Shown here piece by piece: positions 25,701 to 37,009 of a DNA stretch of 64,000 bases; the stretch's first letter is position 1, and every line of letters begins with the position of its first letter. The DNA is from an uncultured Methanosarcinaceae archaeon (GTDB lineage: Archaea; Halobacteriota; Methanosarcinia; Methanosarcinales; Methanosarcinaceae). Position numbers and translations under genes: made by a program. The notes under the pieces are model-generated. The model ran no database searches. It had not been told where the DNA came from and worked only from the letters and a program-made list of their open reading frames with translations. The DNA lies in NCBI GenBank assembly GCA_963833425.1, contig CAWHXP010000005.1:1-64000 (forward strand). The letters are read 5' to 3'.

Positions 25701-25774
25701 AAAGCCTGAATACAGAATTCCCTATCAACAAATACTCTTTCTTTTCCAAAGTAAATTGTAGGAACAATTGTCAT
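22742..25774 (-). CDS. STAND-like P-loop ATPase with 12 tandem 42-aa TPR repeats
   Basis: FVDRE, Walker A GIAGIGKS, Walker B IFIDTYE, ISGRE. C-terminal kinesin-light-chain-type repeats (PSVATTLNNLAxLYxQMGDxEKAL). Confidence 0.9.
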   Translation of the reverse strand: MTIVPTIYFGKERVFVDREFCIQAFKENLQNSGTRKYNILYYHGIAGIGKSKLQKEFQKILDEEYPYIFWVSIDFDVSTYRDISAFLITLRNKIQEKCDAEFCLFNAIHAIYWKKAHPEIPLQKQNYSSIEKGGFLEKIIDVLENSGQIILAWETLNRASESFRRWLHLHHIDISKVELFEPNLIKELLSVIFIADFSEYLYENSKVYIFIDTYEALWEDLKDKDALHQNDKWIRDDLISNMPGVSWIISGREELLWAYTCDPDWGMFLEQHQVEKLPENDCIKFLEDCCIENKDIRDIIIEASERVPYYLNLSVDIFEKIKIYKNRQPTSEDFGKTQPEIFKKFMEYLDKDEIRTLEVLSTTNFWDRDLFEILMAKFDPRLQVCAFSDLIKSSFIKTDTNGKYLIHQLMRKSLREYQDPVERKNVHKFMFEYYENKLKKMDIKSITPEHEKYLKEAFYHAKKTLETKDLLNWFIAASDPFNSAAFWQLTAPMYEETLQILEAKLGAEHQDVATTLNILAGLYRQMEDHEKALKLYQRALGISEKVLGPQNPSVAITLNNLAGLYRQMGDCEKALKLYQRALEISEKVLDSQNPSVATTLNDLAEIYRQMGDYETALKLYQRALEVYEKIPGSQNPPVATILNNLAGLYRQMGDHEKALKQYQRALDIREKVQGPQNPSVATTINNLAGLYRQMGDHEKALKLYQRALEVYEKVLGSQNPSVATTLNNLAELYCQMGDYEKALPLFQRALEISEKVLDSQHPSVATTLNNLAELYRQMGDYEKALPLFQKSLEISEKVLGSQNPSVATTLNNLAELYESMGNHEKALKLHQKALDIREKVLGPQNPYVATTLNNLAELYRQMGDCEKALPLFQRALKIYENVMGPQHPSVATSQNNLALLYHQREDYEKALPLYQRALEIYENVMGPQHPSVATTINNLAELYRQMGDYEKAIPLFQKALEIREKVLGPQHPSVAKTINNLVGLYHQMGDHEKALKLHQSTGKSSNYPKQ
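22775..24262 (-). repeat. 126-bp tandem repeat array encoding TPRs
   Basis: Twelve 42-codon units with high nucleotide similarity. Confidence 0.9.
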
Positions 25775-26454
25775 ATATATCTCCATAGACCAAGTTCTGA
25801 TAAGCCAGGACTCCGACAATTGACGCAACTTTAACTTGCACTATATACAACTGTTTTAATATTTAAATATAGCAATCGGATGAAAAGTTAATGTTATTGA
25901 TAAAATTTCTGTTTTTCTTGTTTCATCGATGCACAGATTTTCAAGTAAAAAGTATGTATATTCTCAACGTAAGCTTTCCACTTGTATTTTTTTTTTCGGA
26001 CTATTACTCAGCATAACAAGTGTGATTTAATTTTCTTTTTTATTACGGTTAAAGGCTTAATGCTATTGATTTTCAAGTTTAACTATTTAGTCATAGATTA
26101 GTTTGTAGGCTTTATATTGAACGTTTAAGATTTGGCTAGACTAATGTAGAGTTAAGTCATTAATTAATGATATTTTTAAAAATCAATTATAGCTACAAAC
26201 ATAATTATTGGCGCTTAAGTTACTCTAAATTCTATAACCACGGAAATAAAGATGGGTAATATACAAAAAAAGGTACCCTTGATCCTCTTCCTGTCTTATT
26301 TACCGTGTTTTCCGTAGTTCAACTTTGCATTTAAATTTAGTAGATTAAAATATGTACTTGACGATAAATCCATTTTTGCTCTTTACCGGGGAGTTTTTAT
26401 AGATGAACTCCCAAAGTAGCCTCCCCAAAAGTGCGTAGATGTAACAATAACTCC

Positions 26455-26610
26455 CTCAGTAAATCTGCTCCGCCAGATAGTTTCCGAACTCGTCTGTTTG
26501 ATCTGATCAAGTCGGGTTTCGATCCAGTTGATGTGTTCCTCCTCTTCCTTCAGGATCGATTCGAGAAGCACTTTTGTATCATTATTTCCAATCTCCCCGC
26601 TAAATGGATA
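26455..26610 (-). pseudogene. Bacterioferritin C-terminal fragment
   Basis: GNNDTKVLLESILKEEEEHINWIETRLDQIKQ (EExH ferroxidase helix). Confidence 0.7.
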
Positions 26611-26782
26611 CCTTCGTCGTAACATCAAATAAGCGATTTTTCGGCTATAACGGTCAGTTCGTGGGTAAATGAATGTTTAGGTGTTCAATAATTTTCTAAT
26701 TTCCTTTCATAAATAAACTTCTATTGAATTGAAAAGGGCGCTTCTATGAGGACCATTCTCGTAATGGTTTTGCTTTTAGCGT

Positions 26783-28423
26783 TTACAAGTTTCTATGAAT
26801 TTCCTCCATAAGCGGGGGTGCTGACATTTCTGGCGTAACTATCTCGATATATGCACCGTTTTTATTATTCTCCAGCTCTGTCATAATCTTATCCAGTTCA
26901 CTACAAGTGATGGCCTTTCTCGTCAGCCAGTCCTCGCAGCCAAGCACCTCTGGCAATTTATGATATTGCCACTGAGCAAGATCGTTGTAGCAATAATCTA
27001 ATTTCTTAGACAGCATTTTTTCTACCAGGTAACCGTTATTATTCAAAACGAAAATGATAGGCTTTAGACCATAGCGGTAAAACTGGCTAACCTCTTGGGC
27101 AGTCATCTGGTGTGCCCCTTCGCCTGTTATGAGAATTACCCGTTGATTCGGTGCAGCCAGTGAGGCTCCAAATGAAGCCGGAGTAGCCCAACCTATCGCC
27201 CCCCATAGCGTCTGGCTATGGAATTTAGACCCTTTAGGTAAAAATATTGGCAATAATCCGTAGAAGGATGTACCTAAATCTACTATGATGATATCATCTG
27301 GCTTAAAAAAATTCGCGTAGCTTGCATATAAATAATCTGCCGTTATTAGGTTGCCAGCGTCCACCTTAGGCATTTTAGGATGTTTGGCTACAGGACCTTT
27401 GATATCAGTACGTTTATGAAGTCTCTTGCAGAGCTCACCCAGTACATCATACATTTTTAGATTAAGATAATCAGCATGCCCGATATGTACCTCAGAAGGC
27501 ATGATACTGATTATACGGGATTTATCCAGCCTTGCCGCGAATTTACCTACTCCTCCCAAATTTATGTCAGACAAGATAGTGCCTATGGCAAGTATACAGT
27601 CGCAGGATTCCACAAAATCCCTAATTTCAGGATTCACAAGATGTCCGCTGTATAATCCCAGATAAGATGGATTAGTTTCGTCGAGCACTGACTTATCCAT
27701 TGCCATGGTCACATAAGGTAAGCCTGTAGCATTAACCACGGCAGTGGTCAAGTCCTTAAGTCCGAAACGGTCAACGAAAATGCCGGGCATAATACAGGCT
27801 TTCGTTGAATTTGATAATTTATTTGTAATGATCGAGACCACTTCTTCCAGCACTTCAGGATCACTTTTTACAGGCACTTTTGCTAATGCAGGGCTAAATG
27901 AGACATTCTCATTGACATAGTCTTTAGGTATGGCAATGTAGACTGGACGACGATACTCCATGGCTGTCGCGATGACGCGCTCGACTTCGTGAATGCAGTT
28001 TTCTGGGGTAAGTACTGTTTTAGCACATACGATAGGTGTAGCCATTTTCATAAAGAGGTCGAACTCTCCGTTGCCAAGTGCATGATGTACTATGGCATGT
28101 TTCTCCTGAATTTGCATATTTGGCATTCCGACAATGTGAAATACCACTGTATGCTCCCCATAAGAGCCTGCTATTCCGCATAATGCTGACAGCTCACCCA
28201 CTCCAAAGGTAGTAGACAATGCTGACATGCCAGTGATGCGAGCATAGCCGTCAGCAGCATAAGCGGCATTCAGCTCATTGCAGCAACCGATCCAGCGTAG
28301 CTCTTTGTCGTCGCATATGGCATTGTTGATAGGAAATGCGTAGTCTCCTGGCACGCCGAAAATATCCCTAATGCCCAGCTGTTTTAATCGATTCAGAAGA
28401 TATTGAATAACTGTCTTAGGCAT
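26783..28423 (-). CDS. TPP-dependent alpha-keto acid (indolepyruvate/pyruvate) decarboxylase
   Basis: IFGVPGDY, CCNELNAAYAADGYAR, TFGVGELS, HHALG and GEGAHQMT...LNNNGY motifs. Confidence 0.95.
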   Translation of the reverse strand: MPKTVIQYLLNRLKQLGIRDIFGVPGDYAFPINNAICDDKELRWIGCCNELNAAYAADGYARITGMSALSTTFGVGELSALCGIAGSYGEHTVVFHIVGMPNMQIQEKHAIVHHALGNGEFDLFMKMATPIVCAKTVLTPENCIHEVERVIATAMEYRRPVYIAIPKDYVNENVSFSPALAKVPVKSDPEVLEEVVSIITNKLSNSTKACIMPGIFVDRFGLKDLTTAVVNATGLPYVTMAMDKSVLDETNPSYLGLYSGHLVNPEIRDFVESCDCILAIGTILSDINLGGVGKFAARLDKSRIISIMPSEVHIGHADYLNLKMYDVLGELCKRLHKRTDIKGPVAKHPKMPKVDAGNLITADYLYASYANFFKPDDIIIVDLGTSFYGLLPIFLPKGSKFHSQTLWGAIGWATPASFGASLAAPNQRVILITGEGAHQMTAQEVSQFYRYGLKPIIFVLNNNGYLVEKMLSKKLDYCYNDLAQWQYHKLPEVLGCEDWLTRKAITCSELDKIMTELENNKNGAYIEIVTPEMSAPPLMEEIHRNL

Positions 28424-28844
28424 GATAACACCCCTTGTTTATGTTTGCCTGTCTCATAGTTTAGGGCAAAGCTCATTATTATATCAATTAACAAATATGT
28501 GATCCCTACGTAAAAGGTTGCTGTCCTTAAAGTCATGCAACTACTTGATTTATCAAAATTGGCTTAAGGACCAGGATAAAATTTATTTCGGTTATTGTTT
28601 TAACAGGGATATTTTGAGTGATACCATATTTTATTTTTTGTTCAACATTCTTCCCCGATTGAGAAAGTTTTCCCAAGGTTACACACAATATCATAATATC
28701 TGCTATTTCAGTCTCATTTCTTCTTTTCTTTGCCCATTAATTTTCATTCTTTTGGGGATCTACACTTATAACATAACTGTCGCTAATGTTACAAAAAAGA
28801 CAAACATTAAAATGCACACTATCTTTTTTATTCTGTCAAATTTT

Positions 28845-29180
28845 TAACCTATAAAGCTGAATTTATTGGCAAAAGTGTAATGAAAATCGACGAACACAAT
28901 ACGTCTAAGAGTTGTTGTTCCGGTAAAAAGTCTGGTCTGCTAAATTGGAATATACTATGAAATATGATTTTGGAACGTAATTGATATAGATCGTAGCGGT
29001 GCTATTTATTATAATAAGTTGCCACTCGTAAAATGCCTTGTGAACATGCTACTAGCTTTTTGCTGATATCTTATGAAAATCAGGTATTATTAATGGCCAT
29101 GATACTTAGGTTATACTCGCGAGATAGTTTTACTTGTAAACGAAGCCCTTTAGTCTTTATCTCAGGTGCGGTTCGCTGTA
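28845..29180 (+). mobile_element. Highly decayed IS605/TnpB 3' remnant
   Basis: YKAEFIGKSVMKIDEHNTSKSCC and DIDRSGAI remnants, followed by a gaagccc...ggttc right-end-like tail. Confidence 0.5.
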
Positions 29181-29246
29181 AAAAAGTCTGAAAATGAATT
29201 TGTAGCGATATAAAATGGCGTTAAAAGATTTCAGAGGGACCTAAAA

Positions 29247-30023
29247 ATGGAAGAAACAGTTGATAAAGTTGAAATTGTAGTTTTAGGTGGCGTAGGTTTC
29301 AATTCATACAGGAATTTTAAGGTTCTGACAGTACAGACCCCTTATGGAGAAGTCATAGCCTATCACAACACTATTAGGGGAAAAAGAATTGCGATCATTC
29401 CAAGGCACTCAGGAAAAAATCATATACCCCCCCATAAGATCAATTACAGAGCGAATATATGGGCCATAAATGTCCTTGGGGCAAAACGTGTAATCTCCAC
29501 AAATTCTGTTGGATCAATGCGTGAGCACCCAGTGGGAAGTTTTGTGGTACTGGATGATTTTATAGATTTTACTCGGAACAGACCTTCAACCTTTTATGAT
29601 GACACCACTGTGCATATTGACGTCTCTGAGCCATATTGCGCGGAAATTAGGAAAGTGCTCATAACGGCCCTTGAAAAGCAGCTATTTCTCTACACAGAGG
29701 GCATTTATGCGTGCACAGAAGGCCCACGCTTTGAAACGAGGGCAGAAATTCACATGTTGAGCAAGTTTGCAGATGTTGTAGGCATGACTGGTGTGCCAGA
29801 GGTAACCCTAGCAAAAGAACTCAGTCTTTGTTATGCTTCTCTTGCCGTTGTCACAAACCAGGCATGTGGAATGACAACTCATAAATTAACAGCAGACGAA
29901 GTAACTATGGTAGTGGGAAAAACTCAGGATGCAATCTTTGAGATCATCTCTGATGTGATCGAAAATATTCCAGAAGTACGGAACTGTAAATGTAGGCTTA
30001 CAAGGGAAGGGGCTTACCTTTAA
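29247..30023 (+). CDS. MTAP-family purine nucleoside phosphorylase (methylthioinosine/methylthioadenosine)
   Basis: TPYG, PRH..H..PPHKINYRANIWA, EGPRFETRAE and VVGMTGVPE motifs. Confidence 0.93.
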   Translation: MEETVDKVEIVVLGGVGFNSYRNFKVLTVQTPYGEVIAYHNTIRGKRIAIIPRHSGKNHIPPHKINYRANIWAINVLGAKRVISTNSVGSMREHPVGSFVVLDDFIDFTRNRPSTFYDDTTVHIDVSEPYCAEIRKVLITALEKQLFLYTEGIYACTEGPRFETRAEIHMLSKFADVVGMTGVPEVTLAKELSLCYASLAVVTNQACGMTTHKLTADEVTMVVGKTQDAIFEIISDVIENIPEVRNCKCRLTREGAYL

Positions 30024-30248
30024 AAATTCTATTTGTGAGGCTAAGAAAATATATTATGTTCAACTCTTTTTACAAATATATTGCTCATAAATATAAAAAT
30101 TTAAAAATTTGAATTATAGTATCATACCTTTTATCGCACAGATGTCTGTACATCTATTGAAAATTTAGATAAAATAAAATTTTGGACTGATTGTTTATAG
30201 AGTTTATATAAGCAATTTGTTGAAGTCGAAGTTTTAAGCAATTCTCTA

Positions 30249-30675
30249 TAGAGGTTCCGATTTACTTTGAATTTTTTCCCGCTAGAATCCTGTCCAAAAT
30301 TTTTCTCGCTAATTTTTGTATTTAGCCCATTTTTTGGTCCATTATTCTTTGATTTTAAATATAGTTTCAGCTATTCTAAAAATGTTTGTTTTATTTTTCA
30401 ATGCCATCAATTGATAGAGATTATAACAAAATGTTATACAGACCATCTTTGGGTTTACTCTTTTAAAATAGTTACAATTATTTTTATCACCTTAAGTATC
30501 TTTTTTAGTTATTGTATAAACTAGTTTCTCTGTAGCTCTTTTTGAACTGATTTTCTTGATTGTTACTATATCACTAACTCTCGAAAGATATATTTACTAT
30601 TCTTTTCATTGTTGCTTCATGACCTTTTTATTTTGCATAAAAGTATCTTCAATCTCTGTAAACCACTTCATTTTG
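30249..30675 (-). mobile_element. IS5-family right-end remnant
   Basis: caattgatagagattataacaaaa...tttactctttt...aaagtatc...taaaccacttcatttt matches the transposase 3' end at 11400-11700. Confidence 0.6.
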
Positions 30676-30723
30676 AAACAATTATGTGCATTCCGAAGTT
30701 CAATTTTATAGCACAAAGGTAGC

Positions 30724-30776
30724 TAAAAATATAACTCCGTTAAAAATATAACTTCGTTAAAAATATAACTTCGTTA
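30724..30776. repeat. 17-bp tandem repeat, 3 copies
   Basis: TAAAAATATAACT(C/T)CGT three times with no spacers. Confidence 0.9.
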
Positions 30777-31066
30777 GTTAATAAAGGTTTTATGGGAATT
30801 TACTATATCCGCAGTTTGCAGCGTGGTATTGGACAGAAATAGTTTACCCTTTGGGAATAGCACTTACTTCCTAAACTTGGAATTAATTATCAGTTCTTAA
30901 TAATATTCTTTGAGATAAATCGTCCGAAATATACGAGTTGAAGAGACAAGCACCGTGCAAGAAATCTTGAAAATGGTTTATAAGTTATGTAACCATATAT
31001 AGGCTCATGAATCATTCTATTCGCAGTTACAAATTATTCAACTTCTAAGGATTAAGAGGTGTTCTT

Positions 31067-31720
31067 ATGATTGAAATAAAATTACATGGTACATACAATA
31101 TTTATTATGCAATTCTTGGGATGAGGAACCCTATGAATTCCTGGCACCTTATGGATAGCAGTGAACTTGATCAGGCAGGGAACTGCAAACTAGGCGAAAA
31201 AGATCTGAATCTAGCTCAGAGGTTGATTCTTGCAGGGAGTGAGCACGGCAAATTTTTAAGGTTCATTTCAGTTTGTTTTGACCTCACAGCTCCTCTATAT
31301 TGGTGGAAAGAGTTTGACACTTACAAGTTCACAGAAAAGAACTCCTGCTCTACAATGCATAAGCTGACTAGCAAGGATCTGGGTCCTCATGACTTTTCTT
31401 TTGACAAACTGACGGATATCAGGAATGCCCAGATCCAGCATCTTAATGATCTCATAAAAGCCTACCGATCCCGAGAAGGGGCTAGTGAGGAAGATAATGA
31501 ATTCCGAAAAATCGTGTTCAGAGAGCTTATTCAGGATCTTCCAAGTGCTTACATGCAGAAACGCACTGTAATAACCAATTATGCTGAACTCCGAAATATC
31601 TACTTCCAACGCCGTAATCACAAGCTTGATGAGTGGAGGAAATTCTGCGCTTGGGTGGAGGAGGCACTGCCATACTCAGAAGAGCTAATTTGCTTGGGAA
31701 AAAGTGAAATTAAAAATTAA
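31067..31720 (+). CDS. Divergent ThyX-like (FAD-dependent thymidylate synthase fold) protein
   Basis: EHGKFLR, APLYWWKEFDTYK, NSCSTMHK, LP.AY.Q.R, NYAELRNIY.QR..HKL.EW motifs. Confidence 0.65.
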   Translation: MIEIKLHGTYNIYYAILGMRNPMNSWHLMDSSELDQAGNCKLGEKDLNLAQRLILAGSEHGKFLRFISVCFDLTAPLYWWKEFDTYKFTEKNSCSTMHKLTSKDLGPHDFSFDKLTDIRNAQIQHLNDLIKAYRSREGASEEDNEFRKIVFRELIQDLPSAYMQKRTVITNYAELRNIYFQRRNHKLDEWRKFCAWVEEALPYSEELICLGKSEIKN

Positions 31721-32538
31721 AAACGAATTGGTTAAAAAGTACTTTTTAAAGAGGCCATGTATCGAAGCATGAAGCATGTAATGATCCACAAGTCTGTAGG
31801 TGAATGACCAGATTCCAGAATAGCTTTACAGATTAACAAAGGGATGAAAATAACAGAATTCATAAAAACATAGGAGTTATGCAGTTAAACTGAATTATCA
31901 ATAGAATTAAGATTTTAATTGTCAATATGGAACTCTGAACAACAGTGCTTATATTTTTTAACAGAATAACATAAGCAAAGGACTCATTTTTATTCAAATT
32001 TATAATAGATAATCTATATTCCTTCAAAATTTTTTACTCCATACAATTTAAAGTTATATATTATTTTTTTGTTTTTGAAATATTTAGTTTTGAAAAACGC
32101 ACCACATTTATGAAATGTTGTGTCAGTTTGAGGGATCTATTAAATTTATGTTCTAGCTAAATTTCCCAACTGAAGCTAAGGCGTTCAAAATAAATTCTTC
32201 AGGCTCGATGTTTTAAAAAAATTGTTAGCGGAAGTCTTTTTCCTAGAAGGAAAACATTTATACATTTATAGGTGAAGCTATGCTTAATTTTGAAAGGATG
32301 CAACATTTCTGAATTTGAAGGACATCCAAATTTTGATTTATTATCATTAAGCTTCTAGAGGATTTCGATAAACCTCTGATTTTCATGGGTTATTTATATA
32401 TTAATTATAAGTAAATAATGGAATTTATGTGGTTATCAAAATAATTTCCAATTTATTTTTTGCAGCTTATCGATCTATATATCATTAAAAAAATGGTCAC
32501 AATAACTCAAAGGATAGAAATCACAGGAAACAGTAACA

Positions 32539-33783
32539 ATGTCTGAGAGTGAGCAGTATTCGAGAAATACTTTAATGGATTTTATCGAACATCAACCCAT
32601 TGATATAGAAATATGTGACGTAACACTCCGAGATGGGGAACAGACACCTGGTGTTGTATTCACGAAAGAGCAGAAACTGGCAGTTGCCATTGAGCTTGAT
32701 TCCATGGGTGTCGAGGTTATAGAAGCCGGATTCCCAGTAGTTTCTGCAAAAGAAAAGGAGATCGTGAAGGAAATTGCAAATCAGGGCTTAAATTCAAGGA
32801 TATGTTGTCTATCAAGAGCAGTGAAAGGAGACGTTGATGCTGCCCTTGAGTGTGATGTTGACATCGTGAGTATTTTTATTGCAATGTCTGAAATGCATCT
32901 CAAATACAAGTACCATAGGAGTCTTGAAGAAATGCTCAGCTGTGCCAAGGAAGTCATTGAATATGCAACTGATCATGGGTTAAAAGTACGTTTTGCAGCT
33001 GAGGATTCGAGCAGAACTCCGATAGATCGCCTAAAAAAGGCTTTCAAAGAGGTTGAAACTGAGTATAAGGTACAATATATAAGCCTTGCGGATACCATCG
33101 GCATCCTTAATCCGACCACAACTTACTACCTTGTTAGCGAGATTTACAAATCAGTTAATACTTCCATTTGCATTCACTGCCACGACGATCTTGGGATGGC
33201 CACAGCAAATACTATTGTGGCGGCAGAAGCTGGGGCAAAGCAGCTCCACACAACAGTCAACGCAATTGGGGAAAGGGCAGGGAATGCCTCACTTGAGGAA
33301 GTAATTGTGGCTCTCAGAGTGCAGTATGGAATTGACCGTTACGATACAACAAAACTAACCACACTTTCTAAAATGGTATCCAAATATTCAGGCATCACAC
33401 CCTCACCAAATAAAGCTATTGTCGGGGAAAATGCTTTCACCCACGAATCTGGAATTCATGTTGCTGCAATCTTGGAAGAGCCGCGAACTTATGAACTCTT
33501 TCTTCCAAGTATGGTTGGTGGGAAACGTAATTTAATTGTTGGAAAGCATACCGGCACAAAGGCCCTTAAAGGCATTATCAATAGCATCGGCTTCTGTCTT
33601 GAACGAGAAGAACTATGTGCTCTTATTGAAAAGGTCAAGGTATGCACAGAAGAGAAGCACAAAAGCATCTCACGTGAGCAGCTCGAAAAGTTAATCACTC
33701 AGGTAAGACAGGAAAAAAACATTGTAGGAAATCCAGAAAAGGATTTTTTAGCTGAAAATATTGGGGAACAGAACGTTTCATAA
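32539..33783 (+). CDS. aksA: Homocitrate synthase family (AksA-like, DRE-TIM metallolyase)
   Basis: [36 protein letters not shown] and GKHTG motifs. No LeuA regulatory domain. Confidence 0.85.
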   Translation: MSESEQYSRNTLMDFIEHQPIDIEICDVTLRDGEQTPGVVFTKEQKLAVAIELDSMGVEVIEAGFPVVSAKEKEIVKEIANQGLNSRICCLSRAVKGDVDAALECDVDIVSIFIAMSEMHLKYKYHRSLEEMLSCAKEVIEYATDHGLKVRFAAEDSSRTPIDRLKKAFKEVETEYKVQYISLADTIGILNPTTTYYLVSEIYKSVNTSICIHCHDDLGMATANTIVAAEAGAKQLHTTVNAIGERAGNASLEEVIVALRVQYGIDRYDTTKLTTLSKMVSKYSGITPSPNKAIVGENAFTHESGIHVAAILEEPRTYELFLPSMVGGKRNLIVGKHTGTKALKGIINSIGFCLEREELCALIEKVKVCTEEKHKSISREQLEKLITQVRQEKNIVGNPEKDFLAENIGEQNVS

Positions 33784-34469
33784 GCTTCTTTACGTCTCTA
33801 AAACGCTATTTTCTAAAAAAATTATAAAACTTTTAATTTTTTTATTCGTTTTGAAATAGTTCCTCCAATATAAACATCAGTCACTGTAAAATTATTTGGT
33901 TTTTATTTCGTTGTGGGATTCAACATGGATACCAAAAGTGGAATTATTCAATGATTAGTTATAGTTTTATTATTCCATATCTTGCACAAGCTATTTTTTG
34001 AGTCAAATATTACAGTTGTATTCTATATTTTTTAATAGTTTATATATATTCACTCTATTATATGATTAATGGAAACTCTTCAGCTAGATAAAAAAAATAT
34101 CGGTAGCTATTTTCTTTGCGATCGAATGAATAACTCTAAGTGTGTAGATTTCATTTAACTGTTGTCTATTGATTATGTTTTTTTATATGATTCAGAAATT
34201 CGAACTATCTATTGCATCAAAAGAGATACTGATCAATAAATTTTTGGTAGGCCGAATAGTTAAGATTGGCGTGTTAAAAGATCTTAATTTTAGTAGATCC
34301 ACTTAATTTTCACTTTGAATCCGTAATTCCACATTCTCTGATGGGTTTATTTTTGTATTTAATCTTTTCCTTCCTCGCATACACATTCGCTTAGCTCTAT
34401 ACAACAATTAAAATGTTGCAGTAGAGCATTATTTGACTTATCAACAATTAATTTTCTTCGAAAAGCGGT

Positions 34470-35530
34470 ACGATCTACATCGCAAGAATGTGATGTTTTG
34501 AATGTGAATCAACAACTGACTTTGAGTTCTAGTTATGATTCATTGAGAAAGATCTGCCTGTTATATTTGGAAATGCGCGAGATATGAAGGCATTACGCAC
34601 AAAAGAACTACAAATAAGATCGATTCAGAATTAATTGAAAAAATTGCATTGAATAGCATGATTTAGCTATCAGAGTTTTTCCAAAAGATTATAGAGAATT
34701 TTGTTCATACATTCGGCTTCGTCATAATTTGCGCAAGAAAGAATGGATAAAAAAATTAAGTTAAAGCTATTCCTGCATCTGAAATGTTCAATCTAAATGA
34801 TGTAATTGCATACATTTTTGATAAGAATTGTAGAAAAATTCTATCATAAATTTCTTTAGGTAAGATAGTAGATCAGATATTAGATAATCTCCAGCCAAAT
34901 GTTCTTATAATGAGCGTTCAAATATTGAAGCTCTGGCCTTATAAATTTCTCACAGATCTATTTAAGCTACAGGAATGCCCAAAATTTATAGAGCATTTTG
35001 ACAATGAAATCAAAACTTTATGGAGAATAATTTTCAAGTATGCTTATAGGAAGCATTAAAGTGTGATAAAATTTTTAATGCCAGTTTTGTTATTGGGTAA
35101 ATTGGTGCAGCAATTTTAATTGCTGAAACTGGTAACTTAAAAGATTTTCTTCGGTGTATAAACTTCTTTTCATATCTTTGAGTTGTTCCAAGAGTATAAC
35201 AAATGCCGATTAATTCTCCAACGGAAGAATCATAGAAAGAGGATCAAAGGTAACAAAGTGAATTCTATTGCAGATTACTCATTAAGCAATAAGAAAGAGA
35301 AATAGTGGGGTAATAGAATTATTTAACCGGAAAAAGAAATAAATTGGAACTGCAAAGGCAATCATTGCTCTAGCAAGAAAAATTTGAACAATAATATGGT
35401 ATTTTATTACAAATGATGAAATGTATGAGGATGAAAATGGGAAATTTGAAGGAGAGTGATTTTTATGGCTGAAAAATTTTCGGTTGATGAGTGTATAAAA
35501 ATAATTGATGGAATAATGCAATTATGAAAA
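34470..35530 (+). mobile_element. IS110-family transposase, heavily decayed
   Basis: Remnants CDV..CESTTDF, LPVIFGNARDMKA, KIDSE, GKIGAAILIAETGN.KDF and GTAKAIIALARKI...ITNDEMYEDE, with many stops and frameshifts. Confidence 0.75.
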
Positions 35531-36156
35531 AATGAAGGTGAGAGCACATTGAGAATCTTTACTCATATCAAATGACCAAGTAATATATACAATTTGCGGT
35601 TTGTTATTATTGTTTCTGCGAAGTTAAGAGGGGCTGAGATGCGTTGAAATTGGTGTGAAGATTTGTGAGTTAAAATTCAATTTTTGAGACTTTTGATTGA
35701 ATTCTGGTTTTTAGAATTTCTTTATAAAATTGTGCAAAATAACAAATTTTTAATCATATTCATTGGTTGTTAAAAATTATAGGGAATTTCTATAAATCTT
35801 CAATTTCAACAATTGTTTATATTAGGCTTATATAATAAACCAGCTCAAAATTGAGGTTTATCGAAATCTTCCTTAAACCCGAGACTCTCTTTAAATTTTT
35901 CCGAAAGCAAAAGATATATAGTTTTTCAGATTTCATCGATACCATACGGAGATTACCAAAATTTTAATTACACTTAAATTAATGTTCTATTAAATGATAT
36001 AGATTCCATAAAGTTTTCTGCATGAAGAGATTAAACAGCATCATACTGCATTTGAGCTTGTACGTATTCTGGCTGAATATGCTCAAATTGTTGAATTTAT
36101 TTGTAATTAGATTTTTTTGAGTTACAAGTCATGTTCTGTGTTATGGAGGAAGATGT

Positions 36157-36510
36157 ATGGTACGTTCTGATGAAGGTAATAGAAGATATAAAAAATTCAA
36201 GGAAAGCAATGAAAGATTTCTTGACGCTCTTGGTCATATATTCGATGAATGGCTTATGAGTAAGAATGAGAATACTTTTTTGAGGGTGAGGGGTCAGAGT
36301 GGTGGCTCTAGGATATCTGTGCTTGATGATGTATATGAAGCAATTACTGAATATATAGAAGGTAATGATGATTTCGTAAAGGATGATTTTGTGCTTGAAT
36401 TTTGTGAGCTTATCAAAAATGAAAATATAGATCTTTATGAGCGTTTGATAAGCAAAATTATTGGTGATTTTGTGTTCGATGTGGTAAATGCATATTCTGT
36501 GAGTAAGTGA
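36157..36510 (+). CDS. Hypothetical protein
   Basis: 117-aa ORF with a GGAGG ribosome-binding site. No recognised motif. Confidence 0.6.
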   Translation: MVRSDEGNRRYKKFKESNERFLDALGHIFDEWLMSKNENTFLRVRGQSGGSRISVLDDVYEAITEYIEGNDDFVKDDFVLEFCELIKNENIDLYERLISKIIGDFVFDVVNAYSVSK

Positions 36511-37009
36511 GATTATGTCTAATGGGTATTGTTATATCACTTCTGTCTTTCAGAGCCATTTTGAAAATTGTTGAAGTTATGCATTGAGTGTTGAATTTTT
36601 TTAAGCTATTTTCTATTCAATGGATACCGACAGTTCAATTTCGTTCTTGGCCTTCAGCTGCAGTACCCAACTACTTAACTTTGCCAGTTGAGTAAAAATA
36701 AGTACTTTTGTTTGTGCTATTCGGTCCGTTGAAAACTACCATAAATATTATGCTGTTTACATCTATAATTTGCCATTACTTTGAAATTAATTAATAGTTC
36801 TTTCGTAAAATAATAAATATTTCATTCTTTCTTTAACTCTGCAAGATGTCACAGCATTTAAACTGTATATTATTGGAGTCAAATTGATTTAATTCAGATG
36901 GTAAATTAACAAATTCAAGCCAGATAAATTATGTTCTCATTTATTAGATTTCTTTAATCGACAAATTTCGATAAAAGTTTGGAAGTATCGTTCTTATATA
37001 TTAGGACTC

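Noticed and set aside
30724..30776. Possible mini-CRISPR
   Set aside because: The repeats are contiguous 17-mers with no spacers and there are no cas genes.
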